DNA of 64,000 bases from Lama guanicoe. Its lineage: Eukaryota. Shown here piece after piece: positions 12,400 to 24,523 of this stretch (positions within the stretch are counted from its first letter, which is position 1; each line of letters opens with the position of its first letter). The position numbers and the translations under genes were made by a program. The notes beneath the pieces were generated by a model. The model searched no databases, was not told where the DNA came from, and saw only the letters and a list, made by a program, of their open reading frames with translations. The stretch is from positions 7,277,957 to 7,341,956 of the forward strand of contig MU053881.1 in assembly GCA_013239625.1 (NCBI GenBank), written 5' to 3'.

Positions 12400-12940
12400 A
12401 AAGCTGGTGAGATTTGTACAGGTTTATGAGGGAATGTACTTGTGTTGGACCTTGAAGACCAGGTAGGATTCCCTTCCACAGATTAAGATGGTACCAAAAG
12501 GAATTCCAAACAAAGAAAGCAGCATGAACATGATCAAGTGTCAGGCATGCCCGGGCAACATGCAGACACCCATTTTGGCTGGATATCTGGACAGAGAAAA
12601 GTAAATTAAAAGGCTGAAAACTTTGGTTATGGCCACATCACAGAAGCTAAGAATGGCCAGGCTAGTGCATTTATGCCTTAATTTGGTAGACAGTGGGGAG
12701 CCACTGAACATTCTAGAGTAGGGGAGTGTCCAGGCAAAGATGAACAGGCCAGCAGTGAGCAGTGTGCACTGGAAGGGCAAGCAGCCAGGGCAGAGCATCA
12801 AATAAAAGGCTCAGAGAACTGACTGTAGTGAAAGAGGATCAAACTGTACTCACCTGCCTGTGCTGATAATGCAAAGGGACAGAGAGACGCGCTGTGCCAG
12901 ATAGAAAGAAAAATCGCAATGGACACTGGTTACTTGGCGC
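12400..12940 (-). mobile_element. L2 internal fragment
   Basis: ggtagacagtggggagccactgaacattctagagtagggga is a characteristic L2 antisense segment. Confidence 0.6.
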
Positions 12941-13464
12941 TGTCTATGATCCAGGCACCGTTTTAAAGAATCACTGCTCTAAGGGAGAGACCGAGTTAAG
13001 AGCCTGCTATAAATGGAATGAGCCAAATGGATTGATGATCATCTGTAGGTCTGGCTCCAAGGAGAAAGAGTAAAGGTTCGGGAGGTCATAAAATGCTTAT
13101 CTAAGGTGTGTTATGGGGACCACAGATATGGAAGTTTGTAACTGAATAAGAAATAGTGATGCTTCTAAGGTGGAACGACTTACATGGCTCTGCCCTGGGA
13201 AGGCAAGAGGACCTGGCACGGCATGGCTAGTGGTCTCTAAGGATGTCACCCCTCCTTTAAATGTGCATAATACACCGTAAGGAAACGTGCATTGACAACA
13301 GAAGCAAATGGGTATAAAGAAGATTGCTACACTCGGTTGCTTCCAGGGATCAAATCCTTGGCCAGCTACTGTAAGAATAAACACTGAGCACCTTATGTTC
13401 TGTATCCATGAAGCAGGGCTATAGTGTATGGACAACCAACATCCCCAAACCTGGCCAGTTTAAA

Positions 13465-13690
13465 GCAGAGATCCCCAACTGACTTTCTGAAGGTTGAATC
13501 TAGCTGTTTGGGGATGATAAAATATTTATAGACATTTTTAAAATTAGCTGTCAACACTTAAACATCAGGAACTATCACATGAAGTATGGGGAAGTTGGCG
13601 GTGCTGGCAGCTGTGTGGCTAATCCCACGTGGTGTCAATCAAATCAGAGCCGAGTAGCACTTGTCCTCATTAAACTTTAGAGTCCCTGCC
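13465..13690. mobile_element. MER102-like hAT-Charlie element
   Basis: aaattagctgtcaacacttaaacatcaggaactatcacat...cccacgtgg...cagagccgagtagc. Confidence 0.55.
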
Positions 13691-13699
13691 TGGTACATT

Positions 13700-14150
13700 T
13701 CATTCTTTCCTTCACTCATTTCACTCACTCACTCTTTTACTCACTCATTCAACATTTATCAAGTACCTACTATATGCCAGGCACTGCTATAGGGGCCCGT
13801 AGATACAAATGAACAAAACAGACAGAAGTCTCTACATTCCAGAGCTCATATTCTTACAAGGAGAACCAGACAATAAACAAATAAATAAATATTTTATATA
13901 TATATATATAAATAAAATGTACATACATCATATGATAGTAAACACTAAGAAACATGGATTAAGGTGTAGAGATTGAAAGAGGATGGAGAGGTTCTTTTCG
14001 GAGTGAGATGGAAAGCCAGCAGTGAGTTTGAACATAGGAGTGACATGATAGGACAGGTCTCACAGAAGTCCTCTCTCTGGTGAGAGAGACTTCCACTGTT
14101 GAGAGATGAGGGAGGTGAGGCTCAGAGAGGCTCCCCTCATCTGGAACGCG
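13700..14150 (-). mobile_element. L2 3' end
   Basis: tcattcaacatttatcaagtacctactatatgccaggcactg...gaacaaaacagac. Confidence 0.8.
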
Positions 14151-14311
14151 CATCTTGGTACACAAGCCCTAAGTCTAATTTCATTTCAGCAACCTGAATG
14201 AACTCTCACGTTCTCCCAAACCCGCATGGGAAAAACCTGACCCTTGTTCTCCAAAACAAAGCAACGATTGGTGCTGGGTGTCTGACGTGACCAGCTGTTC
14301 CCGAAAATTCA

Positions 14312-14619
<308 letters not shown>

Positions 14620-14790
14620 TGGCTTTGGGCACCAGGAATGTCACCAATCACCTTAAATTTAAGTCGAAGGGTAAGAACTTAAGCTCTGAAATTAGAAACT
14701 TATGGTTTACAATACTAACTCTGTCAAGAATTATTGTGTTATATTGGCTGAGCTACACCTAACTTCTCTGAACCTTGGTTTCTTCATCCG

Positions 14791-15030
14791 TGTAACAGTC
14801 AGAATCTAGCCTGGAATAAGGAGGGAATTCAGTGCAGGAAATTGGTTATACAAGTGAGGAAAAGGCTGAGACACCAAGCAAGGTAACTTAGGGATTAGCA
14901 ACAGCAGGCAGCTACTATCACCCTTAGGCTGGAGGGACAAATAAAGGAGGCAGCGTTTCTGGAGCCTGCGACTGGAGTTATATAATGGAAACTCTTAACT
15001 ATTAGAGAGCTTGTGCAGTAGAAGCTGCAT
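14791..15030 (-). mobile_element. MaLR LTR fragment (MLT1N2-like)
   Basis: gattagcaacagcaggcagctactatcacccttaggctggagggacaa matches the recalled MLT1N2 antisense consensus. It interrupts a MIR at 14660-14790. Confidence 0.7.
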
Positions 15031-15249
15031 TATCTACCTTGGAAGAAATCCACAATGAACCAGATTGTAACATTTATAGGATTCACTTTAAATACAAGTC
15101 CCTGATCCTTGGGTAGGACTTGCCGATGCTTTTTGAGCACATGCTGTGGTAGGCGAGAGTCTCATGCATGCTCACATACATCCTCAGTTCCTTTCACCCA
15201 TACAGACTTAAGCCACAGAGTTTCTTCCATGCATACCTGGGAGAGTGGT

Positions 15250-15440
15250 CATGGTCAAGTGGAACAGTCTGGGGATTATAAATTCAGCAGCTCTCGGTCT
15301 GAGTTCCAACTCGGCCCTTGCCAGCTGTGTGACCTCACTTATCCCCTTAACCTCTCTGAGTTCTAACTTCCTCATCTATAAACTGTGGAAAGTTTTCTCA
15401 CCAGTCTTTCAAGGTTGATGTGAACATAAAAATGACACAT
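15250..15440 (+). mobile_element. MIR SINE
   Basis: cagctgtgtgacct...ttaacctctctgagttctaacttcctcatctataaa. Confidence 0.8.
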
Positions 15441-16224
15441 GCAATTCTGGAAAAATACACTCACCTAATTCCACTGCAGGAGACTTTGTAGGTCTGAGAT
15501 AGAGCCTGGGTATCAGTGATTCCTGTATTTTGTGTGGGTCATCCTGATGGCTAAAGAACCATGACACAACACACTGTGCAGCTCTAGAGACGGAGGCTGG
15601 GATTTGAGAACATCCCGTGTCTCCAGGACCTAGCCAGAGCCTGGCATAAAGAAAGTGCTAAATAAATGGCGGAAAAAGCAAATGACCACTCACTTGTTCA
15701 TAAGCACCTTATTAACCTTTGCTGCATTCAACTTAACTGTGGTTTGTCTCTTAATGTAACAAATGAAAGGAAAATGGATTCACAGTTGGGAGAGGGAAGG
15801 CAAGAAAATGAAAGAAGGTGCGCTTATTAAAAAAAAGCCTTCCCCGACCAATGACTATTGGCATCCAAAGATAAATAACCTAGAGCTTGCTTGGTTTCTC
15901 TGCCCCAGATTCACTTCTTCTGCACTTTGGCTAATCCCCTGTGGAGCTCACCAGAGCTTCCAACAGAGTATATGTTTATGGAAACAAGTTCTCACACTGT
16001 ATCAAGTCCAGCCAGACCTCAGTCTCTTGCTAGATTTAAGCCACCCAGCCTTTCCCCACATCTGGCATTTTCCTCCTAATGCTCAGGGGCAGGTGAGAGA
16101 GCATCCCCTTTTGCTCCTTGGCTGCCAGTGAACTTCTCTCCTAACTTCCTTCCCCTTAGTCTCTTGGAGCCTTTTTACTGACTTACAATCTCCTATTTCT
16201 TGTATTATGTGAACGTGATGCCCA

Positions 16225-16450
16225 CGGTAATAACAATAGTTAACACTTAGTGAGTGCTTACTAAATGCCTGGCACCTTTCTAAACATTTTAGCTCCTCTC
16301 ACAATAAGATGGGCAGTATTATGATCTCCATTGTTCAGATGAGGAAACAGAAGCCCAGAGAGGTTAAGCAATTTGTCCAGGGTCACCCAGCTAGAAAGTC
16401 AAGGGAAAAGGACTCACGCCCAGCAGTCTGGCTCCAGAGTCTGCTCCTTA
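16225..16450 (-). mobile_element. MIR SINE (well preserved)
   Basis: cagatgaggaaacagaagcccagagaggttaagcaatttgtccagggtcacccagctag...gcagtctggctccagag. Confidence 0.9.
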
Positions 16451-16869
16451 CCCAGACTCACTCGGGCTGCCTGGAACATGAACGTAGATCTCTGGTTGAC
16501 CCTGCCTTCAACTGAGCCAACTTCTGACTGCCATCAGTGACTTCTGACCTTTTCTTTCCCTTTTAGGAAATCTTCGGTGCTAGTTTTCATTACTCTCCTA
16601 TTTTCTCTGCATTCCTTTGCAATTTCATCAGCCTAAGACCACTGCAAATTTATATGATAGTATCCATTTGACACTTTTTTCCACGATTACATCTCTTCCT
16701 TTACCAATAAAGATAATAAAAACCCTTTTCCCCATAACTTCTTGCCCCTTGCTTCTTTTAAATAGCCATTTCTTCTTAGTCCAAAGAGCAGCAATTAGAC
16801 CGCTCAGGAAGTTTGGTATTTAAAAGTGGAAAACTGTCAAACTCAATTCATTTCACTCTGAAAGCTCCC

Positions 16870-17100
16870 CGTATTGGAGGTTGTACAGCAGACTTGAGTT
16901 TGAATCTCAATTCTGCTCATTTGAGCCGGGTGACCTTGGGCAAATTACCTTTCTTCTCTGAGTTTCAGCTTCTTTATTTACAAAATATGGCAAACAATAG
17001 AAACCTTAAAGTACTGGGGTTGAGGAATAAATAAGGTGATGCAGGGGAAGCCCTCAGTATGAAGGACCAGCACACAGTAAGCCTTCAGTTAGTGGTGGCT
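16870..17100 (+). mobile_element. MIR SINE
   Basis: gtgaccttgggcaaattacctttcttctctgagtttcagcttctttatttacaaaat. Confidence 0.85.
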
Positions 17101-17869
17101 ACAACGCACGTTCCCCTGGGTCTGCAGCAGCCTTTGGGTCCGGCTTGCAGATTCCAATCACGTAGCAGAAAGTGCAGTACAAGGCAATGCATAATCCAGA
17201 CTCTGGATGATATCGAAATGTCACCCAAAGAATGGATAGCATATATGCAAATGGAAAACTTTCAAGATGATAAACCTGTGCTAAGCAGTAAAAATGCAGC
17301 CACAAATCACCCGCCTTTAATTGCTCCAGTGCCAGGCAAGTGAAGGGAACCTCTAGAAAAGCGTCTTCCGGGCACGAACTAAACGGTGGCTTGTAATTGA
17401 AATGACAAAGTCAGTCTTCCTATTATGGCCCTGGCAAAGAAATTCATCCATCCAACCTAAACACACTGCAAATCGTAGTGATTTTTTTTTCTTTTAATAA
17501 GTATAGGCTGTGAAATCTGGAAAACACTTGGAGTCCTTTCTTTAAATGAAATCTTATGCATAAGCCTAACAGTAAAAGGAGAGCTGGAAGGAGTAGGGGG
17601 CAACCCGTCTTCTGGGTTCACCCTAGACCGGATGCCAGCTCGAGGACTTTGCAGAATGCCATTAAAAAGCACTGCTCTCCTCTCCCACAGTACTCCCAGA
17701 GTTATAATACAGCATACCACATATGAGATGATTTTAAGCAACAATACACAGGCATGGCATTTCATAACTTTGAATCACATTACATGAAAGGTGTCCCTTT
17801 TTTTTCAGTTTTCTTTCAACCATTGTGTTGACACCAAGTAGAAATACCTGTCTTTGCTGCTGATATATT

Positions 17870-18012
17870 TTAACACCTCTTTAGTTCATGCAAGACTCCT
17901 TTTGAACAAAGAAGGAAGTCCTCAGGTTGGAGCAGACAGTACGCAACAGCATCTAGTTAGAACTTAGTAACACTGTTTTATTTTTATTGAAGTTATATTT
18001 ATGGCAAGTGTT
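17870..18012. mobile_element. MER113-like hAT-Charlie fragment
   Basis: gcaacagcatctagttagaacttagtaacactgttttattttt...tatttatggcaagtg; reverse-complement similarity to the 55960-56455 element. Confidence 0.55.
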
Positions 18013-19329
18013 TAGGAAAAAGAACCAAAACTTGGAAACAAAGCAAAATGAGGATGCATGGCTTTTTAATGGAGCATTTCTGATAAGCTCATATTGCAGG
18101 AGAGAGGGGAGGTCCTCTTACTCTCTCAGGAAATGTAAATTTATTTGATCAACCATTCACAACTGATTAGAATCCAGAAATAGTACAGCCCTATTAATTT
18201 GGAGGTTAACTTGTAGAAAAAAAATGACAGAATGTGATTTTTTGTTTGTTTGTTTTTTTGCGGGTTCGCTAAAGGTTCCACTGACCTGTAGAAATTTTGT
18301 CTTATATCTAAGGACAATTTTATATAAGCATCTCTTCTCCCACACACAAAAAATCAAGAATCCTAAATACTTTTGTATTGGCTTGTATTGGCTCTTTCAT
18401 TGTTCAGCTTGTTCCCTAGTTAATTAAATGAAACTCTGACACATGCTCACCCTTTAATTGCATAAGATGAGATTTTTAACCATTTGAGGACTCTATGTTA
18501 CATAACTGATGTTGACTACTTCAATGGCAGTGATATGAATTTATTTTTATCAAAGTTACAAATGTAGACAGTTTTAAAACATTCTCCAAGGTTTATTAAA
18601 AAAAGAAAACAAAACAACAAAATAGCAGCCCCTTTCATGTTCTCACCATAGAAACTTCCCCACTTCTTTTAAGCTGATGTAATTAGTATTTTGGTATTTA
18701 TGATGGTGTTGCCAATAATATGCTTGTACTGTTCCCTTTTCAGACAAACGTTTTCCTCTTTCTGGTGTTATCTGTAAACTCTCCACCATAAAAGACGAGG
18801 ATTTCACTCTCGTTCTCTATTCTGCCCCATTAGGCATCCTTTCCATCTCGCCCTCTTCCCACATAGCTATAGCGTAATTTCGATTTGATCAATATTCAGT
18901 GTTCAAAATATTTTGTAAACTATGACCAATTCCCACTTCTTGTACAATTTTCATTCCTCAAAAGGAAAAAAAAAAAGCAATTTGGGGGGTAAAAATGAGA
19001 TACTCCTTTCAGTTCTTTGAATGACTTTTTTGATACTATCTTTTTCCTGACTTGTGATTGCCTCTTCCTCTAGTTTTCAAAATTCTCTCCACTTATTTCT
19101 AGAAGTTTGCTTTGCTTCACAGATCTGCTTCCTCCAAGTCACTCGCCTTCTGTTGGCCTGTTTTGCACTCTCTCTTTCTTGCTAGAATTCTCCCTTCCTT
19201 GTGTTGACCAGTCTTACATCTCCGAGCCTCAGTTTCTTCATCTGTATACAGGCATAATGGCACCCACGGTATCAGAATTATATTGAGAATCTAATGATTC
19301 TCTGTAGCTATTTCCAATACTGATTGCTA

Positions 19330-19550
19330 ATATTTTTTCTAAGCTTTTGCTGCAAGTTATGCACTTATTACCTTAAGGAATTCTGCAAGCCCTTATGTGA
19401 AATAAGGGAACCACCTCTATGATCCCAGGTTTACAGACGAGGAAACTGAGGTTCTGGCTGTGGTCACACACTGTGTAAAGGCTGATCCAAGTTCCAGCCC
19501 AGGCTTGTCTGACTCCAGAGTCCAGGCTTGTAACTGTCACTGCCTCCATC
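19330..19550 (-). mobile_element. MIR SINE (a partial plus-strand MIR lies at 19210-19300)
   Basis: tttacagacgaggaaactgagg...cccaggcttgtctgactccagagtcc. Confidence 0.8.
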
Positions 19551-19699
19551 TTTTAGGATCACAGAAATGAATGGATGTGGCAGCATTTTGCAGATGCTAA
19601 ATCATTCTGCAAATGTGTCCAAAGTAAACAATAAGGCAAACATTTGTGGGCACAGCTGTTTAGAGCATATTGTACTGCTTATAATATTCCAATGCAGCA

Positions 19700-20030
19700 A
19701 GCAAGATGAATGATCCCACATCAGGGATGCTACTGTATAAACGATGGTTTATCCACACAGTGGATTAGGAGAGCATAGCTGTATCTTGATTTGGAAAGAT
19801 ACTCTTAATGTATCAGTAAAAAGAGACTACACTGCGCCACATATGAGACAAGCCCATTTATATTTTTGAAAAACATTTTGTTATGTCCAAAAGGTCTGGA
19901 AAAATGAATGGCAAACCATTAAGAGTGATACCCTTGAGCAGGGGGAAGAGGGAGAGGCATGAGGGTAAGGGGATAATTTTACTTGCTATGGTTTGTTGGC
20001 TATTTTTGCAATAATAGTGTATGATAATAA
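19700..20030 (+). mobile_element. Old L1ME 3' fragment
   Basis: atggtttatccacacagtgga...aaaaggtctggaaaaatgaatggcaaaccattaagagtgatacc. Confidence 0.6.
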
Positions 20031-20719
20031 AGGAAATAGAATTACTACCCAACTGGAACAAAATGAAAGTCAGTCTACACATCCAAGGAATTATAATCAC
20101 AAAGGGCTGAGTGGATATATACCAGGGGCTGCAGTGTGCTGCAGGCAGCCCTGTGTTCAGAGGGGAGGGCTCTCCCCACCCCAGACAGCTCCCACCCCAC
20201 ATCCTGGGGTGGCCACGGAGCCTCGGTGCTCACACGCTGGATTGCTGCTGTCAACGTTACTCAGCAGACAGAGAAGCACTACAAAAATCACACAGGTTAA
20301 CAATTTTGTAAAAGACACAACTGTGAAATATTTTATTCCATTTATCAGAAGCTTTTAACTTCCATTTCATGGCAGGTGAAAAAAAATTTACTTAAGGCAA
20401 CTAATAAAATAACAAAACCATCACCTCCAACCAAAAAAAAAAATCCCACTGTGCTTAAAGGGAAATGTTTTCATTCAGATCCTGTAAGTTGCTTTGTGAG
20501 GGCTTTTATTAAAATGTACTGGAACCTCTAATCTGTAGATTAGGGCAGAAAAAACAGAACCTCCCAAGGGCTGTGAGTCCAACACCTTAATGCTGATGAA
20601 TGGAGCCTGGGTGGAGCCATTTATGAAGATGTATCCTGGGGATGCTCTACTTTTGTGTTTTGTTCTTCAAAACAGGAAGAATCTATGGGAATTGTGTAAG
20701 GAGAAATGGATAAAGAACA

Positions 20720-21095
20720 CAAATAGCATTGGCTGAATTCCTACTATGTGCCAGGCAATGGGCTGTGTGCTCTGTATTTATTATCTCACTGCATCTCGAC
20801 AAAAACCCGGAGGATAAGAACCACCCTATTTTAAGATAAGACTCATTCTAATCTAATTATTATGACTATTCAATATATATTGAGCACTTAATATATGCCA
20901 GATACTACAAGAAGTTCTTTACATGAACAGCTCATCTAAGTCCAGAAAAATCTTACCACTCGACGACACTGGTTTCCCCCAGATTACAGATAAGGAAATT
21001 CAGGGGTTTATGTAACTTATTCAAAGTCCCAGAATTGTAAGTGATGCAGCTGGATTTGAATCCATGTCTTCTTGGTTGCGAAACTCCTGAGTTGT
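20720..21095 (-). mobile_element. Two tandem MIR SINE fragments
   Basis: ctactatgtgccaggca (20740) and tgagcacttaatatatgccag...ttacagataaggaaat...gctggatttgaatcca (20880-21065). Confidence 0.7.
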
Positions 21096-24000
21096 GTACA
21101 CGGCTATTTACAGCGATTTTGTATTGTTTATAATATCCAAATGTAACAAGCAAGATAAATTTGCAAATGGTCCTTCAGCAATGGGCTCCTTTAAGGTTTC
21201 ACTATAAAAATGGAGTCTGTGAGCTATTCATAGTACTTTTTAAAAATTAACCGAAATTGTATACTAACTTATGTTCAATGTTGTTACACTGGCTCATTTC
21301 AATATCAAGATTCCTTGTTTTAACAAGAATAAAATAAACTCCAGGAAGAAACCCTGTTTAACTCTGCTGGTCAGAAAATTCTGAAGATGCTTGTATATTA
21401 ATCTTTTTTTTTAATTAACCTTTTTAAAAAATGAACAAATAAATTACCTAATGTTTAATACACACTGCTTGTTCAGGAGAGAATATGTTTTAAAATATAC
21501 AGCCATAAGAATATGATAAGAAATGGTTAGAAAAAAACCTGGTGGTGAAAAAATCTGCTACTATTCATCCAGAAAGCCATTCAAATATAGTTCCTTCTCT
21601 CTATGCCTTGATTACCCAATGAGCCTCCTCCCTCCCTCCATTTCTGCCCTCCTTTCTCTCCCTCCACTGGCAGGCTAGCATTTCTCCTCTGTTTCCTTCT
21701 GCTTTATGCCTCCGTTTTGTCACCAGTCTTCATCCATAATCCTGGGATGGCTTCAGCCACGGGCAGAGAAGGCTCCTGTACAAATCTGCATGACTCTCCA
21801 CCACCCCCAATGATTTCCCAAACGTGCCTTCAACTGTCTGTTACAGGTATTTAAAGTTTCACAGACAGAATGCCATTCTTTGGCTTACGGCAAATTCTTT
21901 CCTGTCCAAATGTAGCCCTGAATGAGAGCATTAAAATACTAGGCTATAAGCTCCTACCTGACCCCCTTTCATGGCTGAACTCATAGACTGTGAATCATCT
22001 CTGAGACCGCTGAGGACAGAATTACTGTGTCATTACTTCCAGTTCAACACCTAGCACAAATACCTGACACACAATAAGTAATCACCATGTTTTTATTAAG
22101 GGGATGAGGATTTCACTTAATTAATTAGGAAAGCTAACACTGGTGTCAGATAAGTGCTGTAGAGAGTAAGGAGAGAGTCTTAGATAAAGGGACAGAATCA
22201 GAATGTAGGCTCCGGAAGCTTCTGAGCATGGACTTCCTCGACCGTATGGGCCACATGGCTTGATCCCACACAAATGACTGAGGGATTCTTACACAAGGGG
22301 AGAGAAGAATCAAAATACATACACAATTTTGTACCCTCCTTCGCACAGAGAAAATATCTCGAATACAGATATCAGACAGTTCATTTAGTGATGGTTGATC
22401 TACTTTCCTCCGCAGGGTCTCCCCAAATCAAAACCATCCTCTTTAGAACATTTTCTTTTAATGGACTCTCTCCCCACAAATCCCTCCCCAGTCAGGCAGG
22501 CACAAAACTGAACCCAGAGAGAGGTCTCATGAAACATCCGAGGATCCTGCGTCTCAGCCAGAATTCAGAGCCCGTGCTCACCGAACAAACTTAGAGATCG
22601 ATTATACCAGAAATGTGAGAAAAAATTACTACTAACGGGAGGCTTTAAAATCTTACCCTTGAAGGTCTTTTGCCTTGACGGGAAAGGGTGAAGAAAGTAG
22701 GCTAATCTTAAATGCAAGAGAATTGTCCAGAAAAGAGCAGTAAATCTGAGGAATGAATGTGGGTCCTTTGATCTATGTGTGCAGTTACACAGACATCAAT
22801 TGTTTTTTTTTTTTAGTTAAGATTGGATATAATTAAAACTCTGCCTGGAAACTCATCTCTGTAAAGAACAAGCAATACAAGCAATATAGACTTTGTGCCG
22901 CTCTCCATGGTGCTGATAAAAATCACTGCCTCTTAGAACAAGAGCATCCTCCTCATCTGGAGAAGCTGGAGTTCAATCTACCTCCCCTCTCCTTCTCTCT
23001 CACTCTCTCCCCACACTGAGCTCCACAGCGTTTGTGTGTCTCTGCTTTAATGTCCATAAACTATGTGTGATTCTCTTCACTGTTTCCTAACTATAATGAT
23101 GATTTCAACATGTTTTTTAAAGTTCTATCACTTACCTAATATTTACTATCATCCCCAGCCAACTCTTTTTGGAAAATTTAAGTTACATGCTCCCTCCTCT
23201 CTTGCTGTCTCTCTCTGACCAAACTATATATTTGCAACAAATTTGAAAGAAGAAAAACTAGTTTATTTTTCTGATTTATTTCAAATTTTCCAATTTGATC
23301 TACGGTTTCTGGTGGCTAAAAAAAAAAAAGGCCAACTATTGTCTAGTCTCTATAATATACTCAGTGCCCCCGAGTTTTAGTCATGGCTCAGACCCTTCCC
23401 TGACCAGCTGCAAGCAAGAAGTCTTACTTTTGAACATTCAGTCCCCTTTTATTCTCAGCCAGTGAGAATCCAGCATACCTGATTAGTATAATCAATTCAT
23501 CTTGAACCAAATGAATATGTTTATTCCTGGAAGTGCATTACTTTTCTTTCTGATAAAGTGTGTAGTATCTACAAGTAGTCTTTTGCTCCCAATGTTTCTA
23601 GTTCTGGGGTGATTTTAGCTTCCCAGAATCACAATGTCTTTGTGAGGCAGAGTTTACCTCACCTTAGCTTTGGACTGTGCATGGCTCCTTCAAGGAGTTC
23701 AGTCTTTTGGATTTGGTGCAGTTTTGTTTCTCCCAGACCTTAACCCTGCCATCCCTGGTCAGCTCATCGTTCCCACAGAGAGGAGCCAGAATACCTTTTA
23801 GAGCAGATTTTTACCTGTGTCTAAGATGCCCTCCTCTCCCTTGCCACCTGTCAATCTCCTACTCAGCAGTCAACAAACCCAGCTCAATCATCACCTCCGG
23901 GAAGCCTTTTCTGACTCAATCTCTCTAAATTCTCACTTCACCCTAGGCAGGGTTCGTTGTTCTTTTTGGGTTCCCACAAAACCTACTGTATACTTCTCAA

Positions 24001-24490
24001 AACTAGTGGACCACATATTTCAATTTTGAATGACCAAAGTGCACTATCTGCTTGACACAGAGTAAGCACAAAGTACATCAATGTATGTGAGAGGAATGTG
24101 TCAGTGGTCAGATGGGTGGTTGGACAAATGGATGGAAGGATGAATAGATGGATGAATGGATTTGCCTAAATTTACTTAACACCTTATCAATTTAGAGTTC
24201 AATGCAAAATAATTGATGTGTTAATGTATCTATTATCAAAAAGCAAAGATGTTGGCAATTTCTTTCCTTCTTTTTCTTATATGCACCATCTCTTCTACTT
24301 TCATATTTTAGTGTATAACCAAGAGGATGTGGTGTTGTAACTTGTCTCCCAGAATAGGTTTTGAACAGACAAATATTTAGTCTTCCAGGGGTCATTTGAA
24401 AGACTATTAACTACTCTTCAACCTTCCCTGAATCATGTCAATCCTTGCCCCCAGATATGAAAGCATCCCTTCTGTTCCCTAAAGACTCTA

Positions 24491-24492
<2 letters not shown>

Positions 24493-24522
<30 letters not shown>
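24493..24522. repeat. (CA)15 microsatellite
   Basis: Direct read. Confidence 0.98.

Positions 24523-24523
<1 letters not shown>

Noticed and set aside
16225..19550. Inverted MIR pairs as possible dsRNA hairpins
   Set aside because: The copies are too diverged from each other for long stable duplexes, and such pairs are expected at this MIR density.
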